64,000 bases of DNA from assembly GCA_964016885.1 (NCBI GenBank), contig OZ024747.1:20522001-20586000 (forward strand). The letters run 5' to 3'. Below the pieces are notes generated by a model that saw only the letters and a program-made list of their open reading frames with translations, did not search any database and was not told the DNA's origin. The translations under genes and the position numbers were made by a program. The DNA is from Eledone cirrhosa. Lineage: Eukaryota. This document shows, piece by piece, positions 13,914 to 27,391 of the stretch (positions within the stretch are counted from its first letter, which is position 1; every line of letters begins with the position of its first letter).

Positions 13914-15920
13914 ATGACTGCAGGTGTTAAAGCCTCCACCACCACCACCACCGCGACAACCACCACCCCCACCACCACCGCGACAACAGAAACAAAAGAA
14001 GAAAAAAATAAATTAACTCGTGATGTCGAAATGAAATCAAGCAAAATGGACTCTTCCGCACCAAAGACGACTGACGTCACCACCACCACAACTGAAACTA
14101 AAATTAATATTAACACAAATAACGATAGCAACAACAACAACAACAATGACATTATAAAACCGACCCTCAGTTTCGCCATAGTAGCAAAACAGTTCGAAGC
14201 ATTCACGGTAACTCAAGAGGATTTAGAAAATGCCAAACAAATGGTAAAGAAAGATGGGTACAGGGTCAGCCTCCCCCCCCCCCCCCCCACACACACCTAA
14301 TAAAATGGAGCATCGGCGCCTATGCACCGTGTCGTATAGAACAATAAATGTAAAATCGCGCCGAGTAGAACGGGCATCCGAGTCCCAAATCCAAAAAGCT
14401 TTGGGACATGTGTGGGCAAGAAAAACCCACATCAGACGTGGGCAAAAGTATGGAACCGTGGATGTGTTCTTTGAAACACCAGAGGAGGCTAGAGAACACT
14501 CCATGGCCCCATTAAAAAGTGACGACTTCACACTCGTCCCAAGCTATTGTGGCCAGAGACTCGTAAAGATCAGGGTGACCCACGTTCCACCGGCCATCGA
14601 AATTCCCTGGCTAATAGCGGCTGTCCTCGCCGGCATCGAAGCCAACACGAAAATAATAGCAATAGCAAAAGAAAAGCAGGAAAACTGGTCCGGATCTGGG
14701 ATGGAGCTCCTAATCCAAGCGCACCAAAAAAGCATTGAGGAGATCCCAGAGGTAATAGACCTCACTGACGGCAGCCACCTCACGGTAATTGTCGAGGGCA
14801 GAAGACCTAGGTGTGTCGTTTGTGGTGAAGGAACCCACCTAAGGGCTTTCTGCCCTCAGGCTAAAAGGTTGAGGCCACCTCTCCTACCCACCCCAGTGAC
14901 ACAACCATCAAGACCACCAGTAGCAGAGATGGCAGCAACAACTGTAGCAGCAACAACAGAAGCAACTATAACAGCAACAACCCCAGCAACAGTAGCAAAA
15001 CCAACACCACTACCACCACCAGCAAAATCAACACCACCACCACCCAACGCTTCAGAACTAGCACCAGCGCCTACACCATCCACCACACCACAACCAAAAC
15101 TAACGGCTGTGGAGGATTTTCCACTCCCCGGCCTATCACAACTGGAGACAGATTGTGACGACGAGGAGTGGGAAACGATATCCGGAAAAAAAAAAGAAAC
15201 CAAAAAAGAAAAAATTCTCTTCCTTCCCCCTCCAAAAACAAAATACAGAGGGAAACAAATAAACTAAGAAACAAAAAAGTTAGGACAGATATGCCACCAT
15301 CCACACCAGCATCACCAACCCCATCAACCCAAACACCAACACCATCACCATCATTAACTCCAACACCACCATCACCTACACCACAAAAGTCACCAAAATG
15401 CGTAACAGAAACAAACCCACAACAAACGCAAACAAAACAAAACAACCAAAACGATACACACTACACAGCATTAAAGTAGAGGGTCGGACGCCATGCTTTC
15501 CAGCATAGTTACGTCCGTTTACGATCTGAGTTCAAATCCCGCCGAGGTTGACTTTGCCTTTCATCCTTACGGGGTCGATAAAATAAAGTACCAGTAATGC
15601 ACTGGTAATTGCTGGCCTTGTGCCTAAAGTAGAAACAATTAAATTTGAACAACAAGCAATTATTACACTACATCCAACACAACACCAGCATCACAGAAAA
15701 AGACTACACAACAACCCCAAAATTCACACCACCTCCACACATACAAATCACTCGCATCACACAGAAAACGTACATGACACTAAAACAAAAATTCCCCAAA
15801 GACATCGGAGACTTCCGACAAGCACTCTCCAGGAGGATTTATAAGGACATCTTTCCTGAGGAGGCCACAAGCAATGAAAAGGATGGAAAAACCGTCCTTC
15901 CCCTACGAGAAGTAAGGTAA
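13914..15920 (+). pseudogene. ORF1 (gag-like, RRM-like region plus CCHC zinc knuckle) of the Tx1-like LINE, frameshifted and SINE-interrupted
   Basis: SFAIVAK motif; VEGRRPRCVVCGEGTHLRAFCP (CX2CX4HX4C). Frame changes at poly-C ~14272-14288 and poly-A ~15186-15195. SINE inserted at 15476-15637. Confidence 0.8.
15476..15637 (+). mobile_element. 5'-truncated tRNA-derived SINE inserted in ORF1, 6-bp TSD ATTAAA
   Basis: B-box gagttcaaatccc; core gactttgcctttcatccttacggggtcgataaaataaagtaccag; ATTAAA at 15470-15475 and 15638-15643. Confidence 0.9.
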
Positions 15921-15954
15921 GTGGTCTTTCCCATCTTTTCCACTCCTTTTCAAC

Positions 15955-18900
15955 ATGACCTCACTCAGAATAGGCAGCATAAATGCGCGTGGCTTGGGGT
16001 CGTCATGGAAGCAGGGCCACCTGCTCAACGACCTCAGGTCACTAAACATAGATGTAGTGGCCATCAGCGAGACCAGAATCTCCGAAGCACGGGCCTTCGC
16101 ACCGATCTTCGGCGGCTACGATGTGTACGCATCTCCCAGCCGTCCGGGATCGGGGGGGAGGAGTTGCTGTGCTTTTTCGGAGTGGTTTGGATCTTGCCAT
16201 ACGGGCCATCTTCCTGGACCCAGAAGGAAAGTTGGTGGTGCTGGACGTGACCAGCGGAGACGGGCAAGCTTTCAGGTTAGTGGCCGACAGGAGCAGGGCG
16301 GCCTGATTTCTTCCGGCGTCTGGAGACCTTTCTTGGAACGTCCCGCTCTTTAGTGTTAGTGGGCGACAGGAACGGGATCTTAGATGCACGCTGGGATTGT
16401 GTGGGATTAGTGGATAGGGAAGGAGGGTGCAAGAGTCTCACCAACCTGCTCAGACGTTTTGAACTGTCTGATAGGTACCGAATGGATTTCCCGAATGTAC
16501 CAATGTGGACTTGGACAAATCGCATAGGGTCATCAAGATCATATCTAGATAGAGTATTTTGTAGGGAAATAGATAGGTCTAGCATAGGCTGTCCACAATT
16601 CAAGATAGTCAGCTACACGGACCACAAATTCGTGATCTGTGTGCTTGACTTAGATAGGCTTCATAGACGAGGGCCCGGCTACTGGAAGCTAAACGCGTCC
16701 TTACCAGCGCGCAAGGCCTACAGAGACCGGATTAGCGAACTAGTTAAGCGGGCGTTGACGGGGGCCATCGTCAACAACAAGTGGTGGTTTGCTCTGAAAA
16801 GAGCAATTAGAATAGAGTCCATTAGGATTAGTAAGACTTTAGCAATAGAGAAAAATAGAGCAGAGGGAGAATTAGTTAGAAAATTAGATGAGGCGCTTAG
16901 CAAAGGCATCGCGACCGACGTACTTGCGGCGAAATTGGCCCTTGACCAATTCTTCAATGCAAAGCACGAAGGCTGCGTTGTCAGAGCTAGGGTGTGTGCT
17001 CTCAGACACGAGGGGACGAAAGCCGTTCAATGGGCCCGAGTGGCGGAGGCGCGTCGTGGCAACAAAGCCACGATCCGGTCTTTGGTGGACCACGACGGGC
17101 GCATGCTACTCGATCCCGGGCAAATGTATGAAGCTTTTCAGCGACACTTCGCTCAACTGTTCGGGGGCAGTGGCGGGCCGGATCGAGGGATGGACTTTAG
17201 TGTCTACCTCGAGGGACTGCCGCGGCTTTCGGCCACTGAGGCGGAGTGTTGCGAAAAGCCGATAACAACCGCTGAAGTACGGGATGCAATGACTAGTTGC
17301 ACAAGGGGTAAATCGCCTGGTTTGGATGGTCTGCCCTATGAACTTTACGTACAAATGCCAAACTTGTTCGGAGGCCTCTTGGTGGACGTCTACTGCAACT
17401 GGCAACAGAACGGGAGAATTCCCAGCTCTGTGAGCCGAGGAGCGGTGGCGCTGCTGAGAAAGGATCCGAACAAGGGGGATAACATAGATAATTTTAGGCC
17501 CATAACTCTGCTAAACACAGAGTTCAAGATTTTGGCCAAGGTGCTAGCAAAGATGTTGGCGCTTGTCGTTGGTGGTCTGGTGGGAGAGGCACAGACATGC
17601 GCCATTCCCGACAGATCCATCCACGACAACCTCCACCTCATGCGATACTTCGTAGAGAGGGTAGCTAGGGAACCTGGCACGGGTGGGTCTGTGATCAATT
17701 TAGATTAGTCGAAAGCCTTCGATAGGGTCGACCATCGTTACCTAGCGGCAGTCCTGAGGGCGGCTGGCTTTGGGCCCGTCTTCAGAGGCTGGATCGCTGC
17801 CATGCACAGCGACATCTGCTCTGTAGTGAGAGTGAACGGTCACCTTTCGGAACCGTTCAACATCATGCGCTCGGTCCGCCAAGGATGTCCCCTCTCGTCC
17901 CTATTGTACGTATTGACTCTCGAGCCATTACTACACAAACTGGAGACGTTGAGGGGGGTCCCGCGCGAACTAGGATGCGGAAGATCCGTGTCAGCATATG
18001 CGGACGATGTCACCGTAGTGGTGTCGAACGCCAAACACATCGAGGCGATCGGCACTACACTAAGAGAATACGAAGCGGTGACAGGAGCAATGATCAACCA
18101 GGAAAAGTCAGTGGGCCTGCAGCTCGGCACCTGGAGAGGCAGGTCCATGCCGTCCAACAGCGTCGTCGGGCGCTGGACGGACGGACCGGTTAAATTGCTA
18201 GGGGTCTGGTTCGGTCCAGACCTCCAGACGGACAAAAACTGGGACGAGGTGACGAGCAGGGTGGCTTCCCTCACCCAGAAATGGGCCGAGAGGAAGCTAT
18301 CCCTGAAAGGTCGAGCGGAGGTGGCGAATGCGTACATCGCATCCGTCATCTACTACCGCCTGACCGTCGTACCTTGTCCTAAGCCCCGCCTGACTGCGCT
18401 GGAGCGTTTGCTCTTTCGCTTATTGTGGAAGGGACGCGCTCCGATGGTCAGGGGATCCATCTGCTGTCAACACCCGCTACGTGGAGGGCTGGGCATGCCG
18501 TGGCTGATGATGCGCAGACACGCGCTCAGGCTACGACATCTCCACCTCTTCCTCGACGGTGATCAGGTGTGGTCGCCGTTTGCTAGACACGTTTTTCCCC
18601 AGCTCGTCTCCTTGACGGAGCTGCAGTCATGGGTCAAGCGAAGACCGAGAGGGAGCGCTTGGAGACTGGAATGTCTTCAGGCGCTCACAGCCCTCGACCA
18701 ATCGGGCAATGTGATCGGTGGAAACTCCACCTTGGCGTTCTATAGGGGATTAGTGGAGGGGAAGAGCGACGACGTACTTGGAGAAACTCTAGGCGTCGAC
18801 GAAAATCAACTAGCCAATCTCTTCGGAAGGACTTTCGGGCCGGGGCCTATGGACAACTTCCAGAAATCCCTGGCCTGGCAGTGCTACCGAGGAGCTTTGC

Positions 18901-19364
18901 CAGTTCGGGATAAACTCTACAGGCATGGAGGTGCCGTCAGCCGGGCATGTCCGAGATGCGCGCAGGGCGACGAAACCGTCCTGCACCCACTCGTCCAGTG
19001 TCCGAGCATTGCTGACTTGTAGGTTTATGTCGAACACCTGCTGTCACGTGTAGGACGGATCCAGCTATCAGCTGAGTCCATCGTGAGGATTGCCCCGCCC
19101 CCTTCCTTTAGCCGGGAAGGGCAGGCAGTTTTTATCTGTCTGGTGGCCATGGCGAAAGAGATAGTATGGTGGACACGTTTGAAAGGGCTGAAGACGAGCA
19201 CTTACCTCTTCGGTAATGCCCTGATTAACTTTTTCAAATTTCATTTGAAAAGGAAAATCAGGGTAGAGAGGGAAGTGCTCTCTTCCCAGCATTTTGTTGA
19301 AAGATGGGTGAGAGAAGCAAGTATGGCCCGAATGAATGGGCCTTCTCTGAGTATATGTCTGTAA
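15955..19364 (+). pseudogene. ORF2 (AP endonuclease, reverse transcriptase, C-terminal CCHC zinc finger), disabled
   Basis: APE motifs SINARGL, AISET, LVGDRN, SYLDR, TDH; RT motifs FRPITLLNTEFKILAK, LD*SKAFDRV, RQGCPLS, YADD; zinc finger CPRCAQGDETVLHPLVQC. Frameshifts at ~16150-16290 and in-frame TAG stops at 17706 and 19020. Confidence 0.92.
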
Positions 19365-19607
19365 ATTAAAGGTGGAAAACTGGGAGAGGGCACTTGCCCT
19401 GGTGGTCAGGGCCACTGTGGTCTTTTAATGGGCTTTCTCCACAAATGTCCCTCGGAAGCCTCCCCCTTTTGGGGAATTTTTCTTTGTTATTTTATTTCAA
19501 CCTCTGTTTTTTTTTACACGCAGAAATGCCCATTTGTACCGTCCTGTATTGTCCTGTACTGTCCTTAATGTCTACTTTATGTAAACCCTTGTGGTTAATA
19601 AAGAAAA

Positions 19608-19644
<37 letters not shown>

Positions 19645-21997
19645 GGTCTAAGAGGACGTATTTTGCTCGCTCACAGTAAGTCGCTTTATTTGCCTGTTTA
19701 AATTATTTGTTGTTAAATATTTCTTGTTGTGTAAGGGATATAAGCCCTTAGACTTTGCCCCGTGAAGGGGAAAGTATAATATTTGGGCCTTTTGGCCCAA
19801 ATATTTGAACTTTTTTTTACATGTTAAAAAATTTACGAAGAAAAAAAAACATGGCTGAGCCACGCCCCCAGCGATATGTCGGCTGTCGTGCGACAGCGAC
19901 GTAGAAGTTGAGAGGAGCGCTACAGCGAAATTAACAGACATTGATAACACAAACACCACCACAAACAAGGTAAACAAAGACACCAATGATACCAATAAGA
20001 ACTCTAATTTTGAAAAAAATGACAGTAACAGCGACAGCGAAAATACAGATAACAAAAAAAAAATAACAAATACAACAACAATATCAACACCACTAACATG
20101 AAAACAAATAGCGACAACACCAACAGCAACAATACCAACTGCACCGAGAACAACGGTGGCAACAAAGACAACAATGATAACAGCAGGGAATGGGAGGCGG
20201 GGTGGCAGTGCTGTTTAGGAAAGGCCTGGATCTCGAGGTAAGGTCGATCTTCCGGGACCCGGACGGGAAGTTGGTGGTCCTGGACGTGAACAATAATGAA
20301 GGTGGTGCCTTTAGACTGGTGGCCGTCTATGCTCCTACTGGGGCAGGACGGCCGGACTTCTTTAGACGCCTGGAAGCCTTTCTGTGTACATCTCGCCCTT
20401 TACTGTTAGCGGGTACTGGAACGGCATCTTAGATGCACGCTGGGATTGTGTGGGAGTATCCGATAGGAGCGGGGGGGGGTGCAAAAGCCTGAAGAACCTG
20501 ATCAGCCAGTTCCAACTGTCTGACAGGTAACGACTAGATTTCCCTAATGCGCCAGTGTGGACCTGGGCTAACCGCATAGGGTCATCTAGATCGTATATAG
20601 ACAGGATATTCATTAGGAAAATAGACAGAAATAGTGTAAGCTGTCCACGTTTTGCAACGGTCGCCTATTCAGATCACAAGTTTGTGATCTGTATGGTCGA
20701 CCTAGATAAGACGCGTAGGTTAGGACCTGGTTACTGGAAGCTAAACATGTCATTTCCGGCACGTAAGGCTTACAGGGACCAGGTCAACAATTCAGTTAAG
20801 AAAAAGTTGACAGGGGGAGTCGTCAACAATAGATGGTGAGGGGCTCTCAAAAGAGAGATTAGAGTAATGTCGATAGAGTTTAGCAAAGAAGTAGCATTAG
20901 AGAAAAATAGCATTAGAGAAAAATAGGGGAAGTTGGTAGATAAGTTAGACGAGGCTATTGGTAGTGGCAAAGTCACCGTTTGTCAGACGGGCCTTTCCGC
21001 AGCTCGTTTCTTTGACTGAGTTGCAGTCCTGGGTCAAGAAGAGACCGAGACTGGGTGACTGGCATCTGGAATGTTGTCAGGTGGGCAATGCGGTCAGTGG
21101 AACTTCCACTCGCGAGTTCTATAGAGGATTAGTGGTGGGCAAGTGCGACGAGGCACTCGGAGAGGCTCTGGAAGTCAACGAAGTCGAACTAACCAGTCTG
21201 TACCGGAGGACTTTCGAGCCGGGGACGATGGATAATTTCCAAAAATCCCTCGCTTGGCAGTGCTACCGGGGGGGGGGGGCACTGCCGGTTCGAGATAAAC
21301 TCTACAGGCAGGGTAGTGCTGTCAGACGGACCTGTCCGAGATGCGCGCAGAGCGACGAAACCGTTCTGCACGCACTCGTCCAGTGTCCGTGCATTACTGA
21401 CTTGTGGAGTTATGTTGAACAGCTGTTGTCGCGTGTAGAACGGATCCGGCTATCGGCCGAGTCCATAGTGAAGATCGACCCGCCGCCTTCTTTTGGCCAG
21501 GAAGGGCAGGCAATTTTCTTGTCTGGTGGCAGTAGCGAAAGAGGTTGTATGGTGGACGAGGTTGAAAGGACTGAAGACAAACGCTTTTCTCTTCGGCCAA
21601 TCCCTCATCAACTTTTTCGAGTTTCACTTGGAAAGGAAGGTGAGGGTGGTGAGAGAAGTGCTGCCCCCCAGTACATTTGCTGAAAGGTGGGTAAATGTGG
21701 CGAGAATGGCCTGTGTGAGTGGGCCTACTCTGGTCATGCGGCTGTAGGTAGGTAAATTTGAAGAGGAGAGGATGTGGTACCTGAGCGAACTTTAGGTGGT
21801 CATCCCCCCTATTGGGGAATTTTTTTCTTGTTGTAATTTTATTGTTACTTTACTGTTACTTTGTTATTGTTACTTTGTTTATTCATATTGTTTACTCGAT
21901 TTTTCTGTAAAACCCCACTGTCCCAGTCTTTTGTATTGTCCCCTATATGTCGGCCCTTGTGGCCAATAAATGAAATCATTATTATTATTATTATTAT

Positions 21998-21998
<1 letters not shown>
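19645..21998 (+). mobile_element. Internally deleted Tx1/L1-clade LINE (piece E) with (ATT)n tail
   Basis: 5' UTR shares gggcctt(t/g)tg(g)cccaaa..tttt.aactt with piece D. It jumps to APE (GGGVAVLFRKGL) at ~20188, then to the C-terminal region at ~20965, so the RT is missing. AATAAA at 21965; (ATT)n at 21978-21998. Confidence 0.88.
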
Positions 21999-22044
<46 letters not shown>

Positions 22045-22364
22045 ATGGTAATTATTGTTGTTGTTTTTGTTGTAGTAGACTGTTTTTGCTGTTTTTGCTG
22101 TGATGATTGTTGCTGCTGTTGTTCTAATAGTAGTTTATGTATATATTCAGTTTTTTTTTCAACATGATTTCCATCGCTCTTACAGTAATTGAGTTAGAGA
22201 AGAAAATCACCGAATAATCTAGAATAATTTGATTAAATTTTGCGTATTTCATTCAAAAAGTGGAGCACTACCAGTTTTCGTTTTCTTATTTCTCAGAACT
22301 ATAAAATATATAAGTAGCAATTGGAGACATAATTGCGATATATGTCTTCCACAGTTACACTATA

Positions 22365-22374
22365 TCATATATAC

Positions 22375-22447
<73 letters not shown>

Positions 22448-22485
22448 TATATGTGTGTGTGTGTGTGAGTGTGTGTGTGTGTGTA

Positions 22486-22529
<44 letters not shown>

Positions 22530-22549
22530 TACATATATACATCAATACG

Positions 22550-22584
<35 letters not shown>

Positions 22585-22767
22585 GCATATACGTGTGTGA
22601 GTGTGTGTATATATATGTATATAAACACACATATATATATATATATATACATATATACATATACACATATATATATATATACACATATATATATGCATAC
22701 ACACACATATATATATACATGTGTGTTTGTGTGAGTGTGTATGTATGCGTGTGTGTGTGTGTGTGTG

Positions 22768-22829
<62 letters not shown>

Positions 22830-22844
22830 TACATATATACATCA

Positions 22845-22892
<48 letters not shown>

Positions 22893-22955
22893 ATATATAT
22901 ATATATATATACATATGCATATACGTGTTCGAGTGTGTGTATATATATGTATATA

Positions 22956-23003
<48 letters not shown>

Positions 23004-23145
23004 CACATATACATATACACACATATATATATATATACACACATATATATATGCATACACACACATATATATATATATACATGTGTGTTTGTGTGTATGT
23101 ATGCGTATGTGTGTGTGTGTATGTGTGTGTGTGTGTGTGTATATA
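22365..23145. repeat. Compound (GT)n/(TA)n microsatellite block with ~300-360 bp higher-order tandem duplication
   Basis: Marker strings recur: acatcaatac at ~22539 and ~22839; catgtgtgtttgtg at ~22718 and ~23080. Confidence 0.75.
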
Positions 23146-24649
23146 ATTGCCTATATATTCATATATACAAGGACATATATGTGTGTATGTTTGTTTACAT
23201 ACATATATAACGTTCATACATACGTACATTCACTATTTAGAGATTTAAAACACAGGTATTGTGTTTCTCCATGGTGAACCAGAAATTCCAAATTGTTTTC
23301 ACCTCGTGGCATTTTATGTCCAATTTATCTTGATAACAGCCACATATCAGCCTTCCACATTTCAACTAATAAAGGTTATCAGTACATATTAGCCCTCATC
23401 ACTGAATATAACTAATTATGCATAAATATTCAATAGAAATAATCAAGTACATTCTAGTTATCACCAATGAAAATAATCTACTACTAAATACTCAACAGAA
23501 ATGGTCAGAATATTCTAGACTTCAACACTTAAAATAACAGTTCTCCCATCCCTTCAGATATCCGTAACAACATCATCCCTATTGTACATGCACTTTAGCG
23601 AACCTTAAAACCACATTGACCACATTGACGGAAGCAGTGTAAACTACGATAAATATTTACCTGTACTGTATATCCCTGCAATTTAATTTAGCTCGAGATG
23701 CTGGTACTTTGGCAATTTCAACATGCTCTAATGTAAAGATTTTGAACATAAACTGATTAAAAATCACATAAGGTATCACACATTTCCCAAAGATATTTTT
23801 ACAATTTTTAAATAAATCAAATATAAATTTATTGTGTATTTGAACTACAAACTCTTGAGAACGTAATTTTCAGTAAACGTTTCATCCGCAGATGCTAGAG
23901 ATGTGGAAAATGACTAAGATCGCATAATTAATATTCGTAAAAGAAATATCTCTATTTCTGTAAGGTGCACACTGATCAAAATTCATATGCTGATTACTAG
24001 TGTTACGGTGTATCATTTAGATCAACAACAAGATGAATATCTACTTAAATATTCAAATTAGCTAATTATATATTCATATCTCAAATATGCAAATTACGCC
24101 GAATACTGTTTGAAAATTCCAGCTAGATTACATTCTGCATTAAACCTATTGTATATTTTACAATATTTTAATGGAATTATACTGCTCTATCTGTGAATGG
24201 ACGTCACTTCATCGCATTGTTAAGTGGTTCACAATCACGAGATAGCTAGTTCAGTCTCATAGTAGTGGCATTTGTCGGTCCATGCCTCGTTAGAGAAATT
24301 AGGTAGAGAGAGACTTTTAAAAACCCCGTCAGTTGTACTGTATGTGTAATACAGAAGGCTAGCCTTGACAAAAATTCAGTTACACTGAATCTCCCTGAGA
24401 ATTGCATTAAGAGCAATAATATCTATGAAGTACGTGGTCAATAGTTTGTACCATTGAATAAACTAGACTATTCTTCGTTGAGACCATCCGAAGTTCAAAT
24501 TTTAATCAAACAATTATTACGATGAGTTTCCATAGGATATACGCAAATATATATGTATGTATATATGCATGGATGTATGTATGCATGCATATATCTATAT
24601 ATGGATTTATATATGCATGCATATATACATATATATACGTATGCATGTA

Positions 24650-24990
24650 TCTAACATGTAACCCAGTACAACCTGTCTCATGGTCGGGTCGTCGGCGACT
24701 AAACCGGCAACCCCACCGAGCTTCCTTGCTAATGAGGGAGATATTTGGACACCCTGCGGGATGAAATAAATGACCCTGTAAAGGGCAGAGGAACTGAGCA
24801 GAGTCACCGGCCACCCAAATAGCACCTTTTGTTTTCACCTGAAACGCCCCCAGTTGTTGTCACTGAGGGAAACTCTAAAAAAAGACCTGTGGCTTCGGAA
24901 GCATCCGATGATGTTGACCAGTTCTCTTTTTCGAGTAGTGTTTTCGATGCTCAGAGAGTGGAATTGGTCTAGTGCAAGGCCTTTGCCCAC
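24650..24990 (+). mobile_element. Interspersed repeat, possibly an RTE-type LINE-related segment
   Basis: catggtcgggtcgtcggcgactaaaccggcaacccca is homologous in reverse orientation to 31173-31240, which abuts (ACAT)n. Confidence 0.5.
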
Positions 24991-25955
24991 TTAAAAAACC
25001 TTCAAAGCATAGGCAATGCTTGTTCGAGATCTATTATAGGTTCGTGTGGCTGGCCGTAGCCTAAAGCTGCACCATTTTCTATAATCTGACAAGCGATTTC
25101 AATACTCTTAGCAGAGTTTGCAGCCATCATATATATATGTATGTATGTAGGTATGTATATATCTATATATAATTAGAAGTCATCGTTGCACTAAAGCTAC
25201 GCAGGGCTGTATATCTGAAGTGCCCCTATTACGAGACAATGATGAACGAAATGCATTGACGGTTTCAGTAGGGCGGCTATTAATTCGTAATCTTGTAAGT
25301 ACTGTATACCGAATACACAGACAATTTGTAGAATTTTAACAGACAATAACAAAAGAAAATCCAAAGAAAACCATATTTACCTCGACCGTTTACGGTTTCT
25401 CTTTCAGATTGGGCTACCCTAAGGAATCCAAACATTTGCAACAGATGCGTCACTGCGAAATAGTTTTAATTCTTTTTTTTTTCAAATGTCCAATGATGTA
25501 ACATCAAGCACAAGATATGAGACTTTCATTAAAGCACATAAAAAGACTGCAGAATAGATTTTAATAAAATCTGAAATAATAAAACATATTCCATGGGAAA
25601 ACCAAGATAAGACAAAAGAGACAAACACTCAAAGAAGCTACAGAATTAAAGAATAAAGGACTCACAAGAGGCAATATAAAACATCATGAAGAAGCTTTGA
25701 AAGATATCTGATACATATCTAGCAGTTCAAGAAGAATTTATTCAGCAAAAATTCAACCTGGTTCAATATTCAATCTACAAACAGAAATTTACTGTCTGAC
25801 TACGATATGTGAGGAAACATCTACAATCAAGCGAGGCTATGCTTGCAACTTCAAGGCCGAAAATCTGTACATAATTGTTTGATAACTGAAACAAATGTAT
25901 AAAGTTCTATGTGCATATATACAACTCATATTTAGTACTCATTATTTGGCAGTAT

Positions 25956-26611
25956 GGGTGGTGGATTGGCAGTATCGGTAGAGGGTCGGACGCCATGCTT
26001 TCCAGCATAGTTACGTCCCTTTACGATCTGAGTTCAAATCCCGCCGAGGTTGACTTTGCCTTTCATCCTTACGGGGTCGATAAAATAAAGTACCAGTAAT
26101 GCACTGGGTAATTGCTGGCCTTGTGCCTAAAGTAGAAACAATTATTTGGCAGTATCGGTAGAAGATCAGACGCTATGCTTTGCAGCATAGAGTTACGGCC
26201 CTTTATGGTCTGAGTTCAAATCTCGCCGAGGTTAACTTGCCTTTCATCCTTACGGGGTTAATAAAATAAAGTACCAGTTATACACTGGGATAATTGCTGG
26301 CCTTGTGCCTAAATTAGAAACAATTATTTTAAAGTAGAAACAATTATTTCTATCTTTTATGGCGGTGGATTGGCAGCACCGGTAGAGGGTCGGACGCCAT
26401 GCTTTGACGCATAGAGATACGACCCTTCCCTTTCTGAGTTCAAATCCCGCCAAGGTTAAGTTTCCCCTTCATCCTTACCGGGTCGATAAAATAAAGTACC
26501 AGTACTGTACTGGGTAATTGCTGGTCTTGTGCCAAAATTAGAAACGTTTATTTCTATCTTCGTTTATGTGGGGTTTTCCTGTCACCATAATCCTTCTACT
26601 ACTATTGTTAC

Positions 26612-26649
<38 letters not shown>

Positions 26650-26790
26650 TTACTAATACTAATATTAAAACTATCTACGTATATAACGTGACGAGGTCGA
26701 TTAAATGTAGCACCAGTAATGCACTGGGGTCGATTTAATTCACTTTCCTCTTTCCACAAATTCCAGGCCTTGTGCTTATAGTAGAAACCT
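25956..26790 (+). mobile_element. Cluster of three tRNA-derived SINEs (25956-26140, 26145-26326, 26361-26550) plus a 3' fragment (26692-26790)
   Basis: A-box-like tggcagtatcgg, B-box gagttcaaatccc, core ctttcatccttacggggtcgataaaataaagtaccag, tail ggccttgtgcctaaagtagaaacaatta. Confidence 0.9.
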
Positions 26791-27287
26791 CTATTTATAT
26801 ATCCATATATATGTATATATATATATATATATATATGAACCAGTAAGACCCCGACAGCTGAGCTCAAGCCGTTTCGACGGCTAATTCTGGACTATCTTTT
26901 TATATATATATATATATATATAAAGATATATGCAGATATATCTATACTATATATGTATGTATTATGTATATATCGCTATTTGTGTGTACATATAATTAGT
27001 TAATTTCAAATATATACAGTATTACACGAATGTGTTACATTACTAAACATTAGTCTATCTACTAACAGCAGTCAGTTTGTTTCGATATTGTTTTTTCACA
27101 ATAAATTTGCATAGCTTCTCACTTAAATTTAGCTTTCTATATTTTGTTGTATGAGCACTAAGATATTTAGAACTATAACAATAACAACTACCACTTCTAT
27201 TGCCGCCTACCAATAACTGTTCTTTATATTTTCCATATTCACATTGTGTTATATCGGGTTTCGGAATGTTCATTGTTTATAGCATTA

Positions 27288-27331
<44 letters not shown>

Positions 27332-27334
27332 TTC

Positions 27335-27391
<57 letters not shown>

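Larger units (their letters stand above)
13536..19644 (+). mobile_element. Full-length (~6.1 kb) Tx1/L1-clade non-LTR retrotransposon (piece D), disabled
   Basis: 5' UTR, ORF1, ORF2 (APE-RT-zinc finger), 3' UTR with AATAAA at 19597, and (ATT)n tail at 19609-19644. Confidence 0.92.

Noticed and set aside
25500-25870. Possible decayed RTE-type LINE coding remnant; similar stretches at ~5200-8100, ~48250-49250 and ~60200-62100
   Set aside because: Only vague motif resemblance with many stops and frameshifts; needs RepeatMasker or tBLASTx.
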